Shown one piece after another: positions 44,772 to 51,807 of a stretch of DNA of 51,807 nt. Under the pieces are notes generated by a model. It was not told the origin of the DNA, made no database searches, and saw nothing but the letters and a program-made list of their open reading frames with translations. Source of the stretch: Candidatus Thorarchaeota archaeon (lineage in GTDB: Archaea > Asgardarchaeota > Thorarchaeia > Thorarchaeales > Thorarchaeaceae); assembly GCA_020355105.1 (NCBI GenBank), contig CP070658.1:1790688-1842494 (forward strand), given 5' to 3'. Within the stretch, counting starts at the first letter, position 1. Every line of letters begins with the position of its first letter. The translations under genes were made by a program, and so were the position numbers.

Positions 44772-45727
44772 GGCTGACCTTGCTCCAGTCCCATATGGGC
44801 TAGAAGTGCGGATATCTGAATCTCACCACTAGCTCCTTCTCCTATTCGGAATTCAACCTCTGCACTCTTTTCCAGAATCGCCATCTTTTGTGACTCTGAA
44901 ATCTCCATTCGCAGCAGCTCTCGGTGCATCTGTCTGGCCAAATCTACGGGGGAAACTCCTTGTTGATAGACCAAACTCCTGAGGTTTTCAAGTGACGCTT
45001 CATAATCTCCTTCACTAGCAAGGTCCAACATCTCTCTGATGGCTTTTGGATTCGCCTTTCCTGCTATTGCGTAAACCACTGTTTCTGTAACCTTTTCCCC
45101 AGCCGAAGAAGCCGCCTGAAGGAGATTGATTGCAAATCTCATATCCCCCTCTGCAAGATACAAGATAGCATCCTTTCCAGTTGCATCAAGAGCTACCTTC
45201 TCCTTCTTAGCGATGAACTGGACCCTCTCTCCGATTGCATCATTGTTCAGACGGGGAAACCTGAATATTGCACATCTTGATTGGATTGGAGGAATGATTC
45301 TACTAGAGTAATTGCAGATTAGAATCATTCTACAGGACGCTGCATATGACTCCATTGTACGCCTGAGGGCATGCTGGGCATCGGATGTGAGATGATCTGC
45401 CTCGTCCAACACCAGAATCTTGAATGGGGCATCGCCAGCCGGCACGGTTCTAGCAAAGGTCTTGATCTGATTCCTAACTACGTCAATACCTCTCTCATCA
45501 CTTGCATTCAGTTCCATGAAGTTTCGTCCGAATGTATCGCCGAAGAGATCTCTGGCCAATGCCATCGCAGCAGTGGTCTTGCTCGTACCTGGTGGTCCTG
45601 CAAACAAACAATGAGGGACATTATTGGTTTCCACGAACTTTGTCAAGCTCTCAATGATAGACTCTTGTCCAATGATTCCGCCTAGAGTGGGAGGACGATA
45701 TTTCTCGGTCCAGAGCTCCATATTCAT
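44768..45727 (-). CDS. rfcS: Replication factor C small subunit
   Basis: Contains WTEKYRP, GPPGTSKTT, LDEADHLT, SRC, and RFC box VII/VIII patterns. There is no intein. Confidence 0.95.
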   Translation of the reverse strand: MNMELWTEKYRPPTLGGIIGQESIIESLTKFVETNNVPHCLFAGPPGTSKTTAAMALARDLFGDTFGRNFMELNASDERGIDVVRNQIKTFARTVPAGDAPFKILVLDEADHLTSDAQHALRRTMESYAASCRMILICNYSSRIIPPIQSRCAIFRFPRLNNDAIGERVQFIAKKEKVALDATGKDAILYLAEGDMRFAINLLQAASSAGEKVTETVVYAIAGKANPKAIREMLDLASEGDYEASLENLRSLVYQQGVSPVDLARQMHRELLRMEISESQKMAILEKSAEVEFRIGEGASGEIQISALLAHMGLEQGQP

Positions 45728-45969
45728 TCTAGTTTCCGTCCCTTTTCGTGTATTTTGAGTCTACACCTTCAGTAGATGAATGCCACGTTTCTTGTAACCT
45801 TAATAGATTCTCCGGAGCACTCGCACAAGCAATGGATCAGAAATGGTTGTAAGTCCGTACATTCAACAATCTCAAGCCAAGGAGTCCCTGAATCGAAACG
45901 TGTATGACTCTCAGACAAAGAACAATGCCTTTATGGTTTCCTAGCCATCGGGAGAAGATAGTGTGAATA

Positions 45970-46527
45970 ATGATATTTCGAGAGAGTTCTGAAGAAGCAA
46001 GGGGCCGGTTTAGAACGCTTTTCTTGAATGAAACTCGCCCATGCATCTTCCGAGAGGATGTTCCGGAAATCAGTGTTGGTGGCAAGAAGATAGGTCCATA
46101 CAAGGCCGGGGTAACAGAGGACCTACCAAACTGGGCAATAGAGATTTTGATGACACACGGATTGGCGGATTTGGATTCAAACGAAGCATACGAATTGCTC
46201 GCAAAGGCTCAGGATTACTACGAGCGTCAACGCAGAAACCCACACATACTAAAGGAATTTCCCAATGCACTTTATTCTGGATTGAGTCGAAGATTGCAAT
46301 TGATACAACGGGATAAGACCTCTCTGGACCCGGAAATACGTGACGAAATCAAGCACAGACAACGGTTTGTGCAGAAGCTGATTCAGATGCGACTGACCAG
46401 CATCATACAGGTTGCAAGGTCTGGTGCTGATCAGGACAAGCGCGAAAGAATGAGTCAAGAAGAGAGATGGTTGTGCGATGAACTCGAAATGCTACTGTCT
46501 TCTTGGCGCGAAATAGTTACAGAGTAA
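45970..46527 (+). CDS. GINS subunit (B-domain then A-domain order, Gins23-like)
   Basis: The N-terminal beta region GPYKAGVTEDLPNWAIEILMTHGLA is followed by a helical region (ER...FPNALYS...MRLTSII). The gene lies immediately upstream of mcm, as in several archaea. Confidence 0.6.
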   Translation: MIFRESSEEARGRFRTLFLNETRPCIFREDVPEISVGGKKIGPYKAGVTEDLPNWAIEILMTHGLADLDSNEAYELLAKAQDYYERQRRNPHILKEFPNALYSGLSRRLQLIQRDKTSLDPEIRDEIKHRQRFVQKLIQMRLTSIIQVARSGADQDKRERMSQEERWLCDELEMLLSSWREIVTE

Positions 46528-46745
46528 ACTGTTGGAAAAAGTGATTGGTGGACAAATCGCCTTGGTCTTAATGAAGCCATCATGTGCTCTGGCAGAGTTA
46601 AAAAGGCATACTCGTAAGAAACGAGAGCGGGTTTTAATATCCGACCCGACAAAGACATTGTGAGAGCCCGACTGAAACCCAAGTTTCAATCGGAATTGCT
46701 GAATCACAAATCTCGCAGACTAGATTTGGAGAGTTCAAAAGCATC

Positions 46746-48833
46746 ATGACAATTGAAAGAGGGTCTCCAGAGGAACTGTTCGAAGAGTTCCTGCGAACCT
46801 ACAAGGACACACATGATGAGCTGGTCTATTGGAGAAGTCTACAGAGGATATCCACTGAGGAAACCTCTCTCTCTGTGGATTTTGGGGACCTAACCAGATT
46901 CGAACCGGTCTTTATGCAGCTTGTCACCGAGGATCCCGAATCATTCTTTGAAATGGCAGACCGAGTTCTGCGGTCAGTATTGCGAACCTTGAAGAAAGAG
47001 CTAGTGGAGGATATTGGAGAAGAGCTTAGAGTCCGCCTTGTCAACTTCGCCGAGGAAGAACTGCATAAAGATATGCGCGTGAAGCTGAGGTACATACGGT
47101 CCAAACACATAGGACGCCTAATCCGTGTCGACGGCATAATGATGCGTGCGAGCGAAGTCAAACCGTTACTAGTAACTGCAACATTTCAGTGTAGACTGTG
47201 CATGACCAAGACACCCCATGAGCAGGAGGAGGGGAGATACACTGAACCCGCACAGTGTGAGATTTGTGGCAAGAAGACACCGATGAAACTGTTACTTGAG
47301 GAGTCCAAATTCACAGACTGGCAGAAGGTCAGGATACAGGAGCGCCCCGAAGAGCTACCTGCAGGACAGATGCCTCGGTCTGTGGATGTAGTACTCATGG
47401 GTGATATTGTGGACATATCACGCCCGGGTGACATGGTAAAGATTACTGGGCTTCTCAAGACGACTCCTGATTTCACACGACGCGGAGGAAGACTGGCCAC
47501 ATTTAGAGTCTTCATCGAAGCTAACTCAGTGAAGATTGCCGAGAAGGAATACGAGATGCAAGAGCTCTCTCCTGAAGATAGAGAGAAGATTGATGAGTTG
47601 TCCAAAGACCCGTTCGTTCATAAGAGAATCTTCAGATCCATTGCTCCATCGATTCAAGGCCACGACCTAGTGAAGGAGTCAATAGCTCTGCTACTCTTCG
47701 GAGGGGGTGATAGACCACTTCCTGGCGGCACCCAGATGAGAGGCCGTTCGAATATTCTTATGATTGGTGACCCTGGAACAGGTAAGAGCCAAATTCTGAA
47801 GTTCGTCGCAGGTCTCGCGTCAAGAGGCCTCTACACTTCAGGAAAGGGTACTACTGCAGCAGGACTCACTGCAGCGGTTGTTCACGAAACGGACACAGGA
47901 GCTATGACTCTCGAAGCAGGGGCCCTTGTTCTGGCAGACCAGGGCATCGCATGCATTGATGAGTTTGACAAGATGGATCCGAATGACCGCACAGCTATTC
48001 ATGAAGCAATGGAACAACATACCGTGAGTATAGCTAAGGCTGGCATTGTGGCAACATTGAATGCGCGAACCTCAATTCTCGCAGCCGCGAATCCAATACT
48101 CGGCCGATATAACATCAATGAGTCTTTGCAGAACAACACTAGGTTGCCTGTTACAATACTATCAAGGTTTGATCTTGTCTGGATAATGATTGATACCGTT
48201 GATGAAACCAAGGATAGGAAACTGGCAGAGTTCATTCTAAGAATGGTTCAGGATCAGCAGCCCCCGACAGAAGATGAGGTTTCACCGATTGATCCGAACC
48301 TTCTGAAGAAATACATAAGCCATGCCATTAGCCTAGAACTTCGTCCGGTGCTCAGTGTCGAGGCGGCTGAGGAGATAGAGAACTACTATGTTGAAACCCG
48401 GGCGAACGCACCCGCCGGCACCATCCCAATCACAGCACGTCAACTAGAATCTCTAGTCCGTTTGGCAGAGGCAAGAGCAAGAATGTCTCTGGAAGATGAG
48501 GTAAGCAAGGAGGATGCTCAAGCGGCTGTCAAACTCATGGAATCTTCACTACGTATGGTTGCAACTGACCCGATTTCAGGTCTTGTGGACTGGGACAGCG
48601 CCTACGCACCTATGGGCGCCAGACAACGAAATCTATCTGAGGTAGTTCGAAGAACAGTCCGGGAATTGGAGGACGAGGGCATGACCACAATAGATGAAGA
48701 GGAGCTAATTCAGAGAGTCACTGCAGCCACTTCTCAGGCGCGCGAGAGTATTGAAGAGGTAATCAAGAAGTTGGTGAATGAAGGAGTTCTCTATGCCCCC
48801 CGAGACGGAAAGATACGACGCGTCCAGGGCTGA
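46746..48833 (+). CDS. mcm: Minichromosome maintenance helicase MCM
   Basis: Zinc motif C..C...C..C, Walker A GDPGTGKSQ, Walker B CIDEFDKM, arginine finger SRFDL, and a C-terminal wH domain. Confidence 0.95.
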   Translation: MTIERGSPEELFEEFLRTYKDTHDELVYWRSLQRISTEETSLSVDFGDLTRFEPVFMQLVTEDPESFFEMADRVLRSVLRTLKKELVEDIGEELRVRLVNFAEEELHKDMRVKLRYIRSKHIGRLIRVDGIMMRASEVKPLLVTATFQCRLCMTKTPHEQEEGRYTEPAQCEICGKKTPMKLLLEESKFTDWQKVRIQERPEELPAGQMPRSVDVVLMGDIVDISRPGDMVKITGLLKTTPDFTRRGGRLATFRVFIEANSVKIAEKEYEMQELSPEDREKIDELSKDPFVHKRIFRSIAPSIQGHDLVKESIALLLFGGGDRPLPGGTQMRGRSNILMIGDPGTGKSQILKFVAGLASRGLYTSGKGTTAAGLTAAVVHETDTGAMTLEAGALVLADQGIACIDEFDKMDPNDRTAIHEAMEQHTVSIAKAGIVATLNARTSILAAANPILGRYNINESLQNNTRLPVTILSRFDLVWIMIDTVDETKDRKLAEFILRMVQDQQPPTEDEVSPIDPNLLKKYISHAISLELRPVLSVEAAEEIENYYVETRANAPAGTIPITARQLESLVRLAEARARMSLEDEVSKEDAQAAVKLMESSLRMVATDPISGLVDWDSAYAPMGARQRNLSEVVRRTVRELEDEGMTTIDEEELIQRVTAATSQARESIEEVIKKLVNEGVLYAPRDGKIRRVQG

Positions 48834-48851
48834 ACCTCGTCAACGACAGCA

Positions 48852-51104
48852 ATGGAGTTGAAAACAACGCAACTCGAGGACCTTCCGATTAACCAGAGAA
48901 TCATCAGGTTGCTTCAAGATGTTGGTATCTCGAGCTTCTTTCCACCTCAAGTAGAGGCCTTCAACACTAACGTACTAGACGGGGGGAACTTGGTCCTAGC
49001 GGTTCCTACCAGCGCAGGGAAGACCCTTGTAGCAGAAATCTGCATGCTGAAGACCATACTTGCCGGTCGTGGTAAGGCACTCTATCTCGTTCCATTAAGG
49101 TCACTTGCGAGGGAGAAATACTCAGACTTCAAGAAGTATGAAGGACTTGGAATGACCACTGCTATGTCAGTTGGAGACTATGACTCACCAGGGACGAGGC
49201 TGAAGGAAGCTGACATCGTAGTACTGACCACAGAGAGAGCTGACTCATTGGTACGACACAAAGCTGAATGGCTGGACGAAGTCGGTATCATCGTGGTCGA
49301 TGAAGTTCACCTGGTAAATGACCACAAGCGAGGACCAACTCTTGAGATGGTCGTTGCAAAGATGAGGCAGATCCTTCCGAGTGTTCAGATTGTCGCTCTG
49401 AGCGCTACAATCTCCAACGCAAACGAAATCTCTGAGTGGCTGAATGCTGAGCTTGTAAAGAGTACATGGAGACCGGTACCACTGAAGGAAGGTGTACTCC
49501 TCGACAGTCAGATAGCCTTCAGTGATAGCAGCAAACCACGATCGATTGTGAGAAAGAAACACGAGGCGGTCATAGATGCCATCTGCGACATTCTGGATGA
49601 AGGAGGACAGGTTCTCGTATTCGTTTCAAGTCGACGATCTACAGTTGCAGTAGCAAAGAGGGCTGCACAATCCGTGGGTTCCTATCTCAAGAAGGAAACC
49701 CAAGAGCAACTGGCAAATGTAGCGAGGAAGGTGGTTTCTAAGCCTTCTGTTCCAGAATCATCAAGGACACTAGCACGTCTAATCTCATCCGGAGTCGCAT
49801 TTCATCACGCCGGCCTTGATAATACAGAACGAGCCCTTGTTGAAGACCATTTCAAGGACAATCTACTCAAGGTGATTGTTGCCACACCCACACTTGCAGC
49901 TGGAGTGAATCTTCCTGCTAGGAGGGTAATAGTCCGTGACTACCGCAGATACGAGGCAGGTAGAGGCAACTACCCGATTCCTGTCCTTGAGTACAAGCAA
50001 ATGGCTGGTAGAGCCGGACGTCCCAAGTATGACGAGTATGGAGAGGCAGTGCTAATTGCCAAGTCCGATGAAGAGTACGACTTTCTCATGGACGAATACC
50101 TTCTGTCAGAACCTGAGAGAATCACATCGAAGCTTGCATCTCCTTCAGCACTACGTTCACACATCTTATCATCCATAGCCACCGATATGACGCGTAATCG
50201 AGAGGAAGTCGACCACCTCATAGATGAAACGCTGTTCTCATCTCAGTTTGACAGCTACGACATAGGCCACCACGTTTCTTCGGCACTCACATTCCTTGAA
50301 GAAGGAAACCTGATCCAGAGCGATGACTCCGATACTTATTCTGCTACACCGCTGGGTCATAGAACTTCAAGACTGTATATTGAACCACAAACCGCAATAC
50401 TGTTTCGAGATGCGCTCTCCAAGGCAGAGTCACTATCTGAGTTAGGTGTCTTTCATCTTGTGTGTCATTCCCCCGATCAACCAATAACCTACCTGACACG
50501 AGGAGATTTTGAAGAGTACGAGATCTTCGTTGAGGACAACCAGGACATCTTTCTAATCGATCCTCCGGAATGGGACGACCTGGATGACCATGCCAGATTT
50601 CTCGCCGAGGTCAAGACAGCTAGACTTCTTGAAGATTGGATATCCGAATTGCGTGAGAAGGACATCACCGACAGTTTCAACGTTGGCATGGGCGATGTTC
50701 ATCGATATGTACGGACTGCAGAATGGCTGGTATACTCTGCATCGGAGATTGCCAGAGTAATAGGGGTTGGCCAACACATACCAACTTTACACAATCTCCG
50801 ATTTAGACTCAAGTATGGAGTAAAACCCGAACTACTTGAGCTTGTCAGGCTGAGAGGAGTCGGGCGCATCCGCGGCAGGATGCTCTACAATCATGGATTG
50901 AAGAGCCTTGCCGACCTATATCAAGCCCCCATTGAGAGGATAGGAGCCATTCCAGCCATTGGAACGACACTGTCAGAGTCGATAAAGCGACAACTTGGTG
51001 TGGATGTCAAGCCAGGCCAAGAGCGCAGCATCGAAGCTGATGACGAAGAGTTCTCGTTCTCAATACAGACACTTCTTGAAGACTTTGAGCCGGAAGACGA
51101 CTAG
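48852..51104 (+). CDS. hel308: Hel308/Ski2-like ATP-dependent DNA helicase
   Basis: Contains PTSAGKT, DEVH, SAT and HHAGL; TPTLAAGVNLPA and QM.GRAGR. The C-terminal HhH region contains RLRGVGRIRGR. Confidence 0.9.
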   Translation: MELKTTQLEDLPINQRIIRLLQDVGISSFFPPQVEAFNTNVLDGGNLVLAVPTSAGKTLVAEICMLKTILAGRGKALYLVPLRSLAREKYSDFKKYEGLGMTTAMSVGDYDSPGTRLKEADIVVLTTERADSLVRHKAEWLDEVGIIVVDEVHLVNDHKRGPTLEMVVAKMRQILPSVQIVALSATISNANEISEWLNAELVKSTWRPVPLKEGVLLDSQIAFSDSSKPRSIVRKKHEAVIDAICDILDEGGQVLVFVSSRRSTVAVAKRAAQSVGSYLKKETQEQLANVARKVVSKPSVPESSRTLARLISSGVAFHHAGLDNTERALVEDHFKDNLLKVIVATPTLAAGVNLPARRVIVRDYRRYEAGRGNYPIPVLEYKQMAGRAGRPKYDEYGEAVLIAKSDEEYDFLMDEYLLSEPERITSKLASPSALRSHILSSIATDMTRNREEVDHLIDETLFSSQFDSYDIGHHVSSALTFLEEGNLIQSDDSDTYSATPLGHRTSRLYIEPQTAILFRDALSKAESLSELGVFHLVCHSPDQPITYLTRGDFEEYEIFVEDNQDIFLIDPPEWDDLDDHARFLAEVKTARLLEDWISELREKDITDSFNVGMGDVHRYVRTAEWLVYSASEIARVIGVGQHIPTLHNLRFRLKYGVKPELLELVRLRGVGRIRGRMLYNHGLKSLADLYQAPIERIGAIPAIGTTLSESIKRQLGVDVKPGQERSIEADDEEFSFSIQTLLEDFEPEDD

Positions 51105-51807
51105 AAGTGAATCCCTTTCAGGTTACTCTTGACTCTACTAATCAGCGACTCTGTATACTGTGTGCAGTTCTGACTCTCTGTGTGGGCGTCATCAAATTCC
51201 GTGACTTTGGAACCAGAGAGCTCCTCTACTATGTTCTGTGATCCTTTGCCCACGATATCGAGCTCATAACCTCCTTCCAAGAAGAAGGCTATTCTTCCTT
51301 TGGAGTGCTTCTTGGCAACCTCCTTGAGTCTAGAGTTCATCATTGCAAGACCCGAAGTTGTCAGTCCTAGTACCGTCAGAGGGTCACTGAAATGCCCATC
51401 AAATCCTGTTGAAACAAGTACGAACTCTGGCTCAAATGAATTACTGACCGGCTCGACCACCTCTGAGAACGCCATATCGTAGGAGGTGTCGCCTGCTCCG
51501 GGATACATTGCCAGATTGACATTATAGCCCTCACCATCCCCAGAACCAAGCTCGTCTGGGAACCCCGAGCCTGGAAAGAGAGTCCTTCCATCCTGGTGAA
51601 GTCCAATGTACAACACGTTATTGCTGGAGTAGAAGGCATTCTGGGTGCCATTTCCGTGATGAGCGTCATAGTCTACAATCAACACCCTCTCTAGCCCGTG
51701 TTGCTGAATCAGGTGTAGTGCAGCAACAGCTATGTTGTTGACAAAGCAAAAACCAAATGCTCTCTGATATTCAGCATGATGTCCTGGAGGGCGGCATAAG
51801 ACATACG
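51101..51807 (-). CDS. Histone deacetylase/acetoin-utilisation (HDAC class, AcuC/Aph-like) family protein, C-terminal part (5' end beyond the right edge)
   Basis: My translation to the window edge gives RPPGHHAEYQRAFGFCFVNN...VLIVDYDAHHGNGTQ...GFD.H..DPL...LEGGY. Confidence 0.85.
   Translation of the reverse strand, partial: YVLCRPPGHHAEYQRAFGFCFVNNIAVAALHLIQQHGLERVLIVDYDAHHGNGTQNAFYSSNNVLYIGLHQDGRTLFPGSGFPDELGSGDGEGYNVNLAMYPGAGDTSYDMAFSEVVEPVSNSFEPEFVLVSTGFDGHFSDPLTVLGLTTSGLAMMNSRLKEVAKKHSKGRIAFFLEGGYELDIVGKGSQNIVEELSGSKVTEFDDAHTESQNCTQYTESLISRVKSNLKGIHF

Noticed and set aside
1-51807. CRISPR arrays, inteins in MCM/RFC/Hel308, rRNA genes
   Set aside because: I saw no regularly spaced direct repeats. 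The MCM (695 aa), RFC-S (319 aa) and Hel308 (750 aa) lengths and their contiguous motifs leave no room for inteins. There are no rRNA-like stretches.

Overview
This is a densely coded archaeal chromosomal segment. The information-processing genes are unmistakably archaeal: TFE, MBF1, PAN, NAC, a TFB paralog, an Rpb8/Rpo8-like subunit, Orc1/Cdc6, RFC large and small subunits, a GINS subunit, MCM and Hel308. They sit among peptide/2-oxoacid fermentation genes (IorAB, ADP-forming acetyl-CoA synthetase alpha, an orphan KorA), HypF, GlmS, isopentenyl phosphate kinase and a split eukaryote-type LKR/SDH saccharopine pair. There are two tRNA genes, one apparently interrupted by an insertion. I found no CRISPR array, transposase or integrase. 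Four observations stand out. (1) A textbook-looking replication origin lies at ~16.73-16.98 kb. Two inverted ORB elements bracket an A/T-rich spacer, and identical 16-bp palindrome-containing repeats lie outside them. This origin is 24 kb from orc1/cdc6, and a third ORB-like box sits at 21.04 kb. (2) An uncharacterised envelope/translocation locus spans 27.0-36.3 kb, with a second surface-protein gene at 38-40 kb. It encodes a 1257-aa membrane-anchored HerA/VirB4-superfamily ATPase, a VirB11/PilB-family ATPase, a 66-aa pilin-like protein, two large secreted repeat proteins and a divergent TFB. I see no PilC/TadC-type platform protein or prepilin peptidase. (3) A 9-11 bp palindrome, YTGTAWTACAR, occurs 7 times, all in the first 17 kb and 6 of them in short intergenic spacers. 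Two copies flank a P-loop ATPase + RHH cassette. (4) A 358-bp convergent overlap joins a surface-protein ORF and an orphan korA, which suggests a rearrangement or assembly junction. All functional calls come from reading motifs in the supplied translations by eye. No database search was run.
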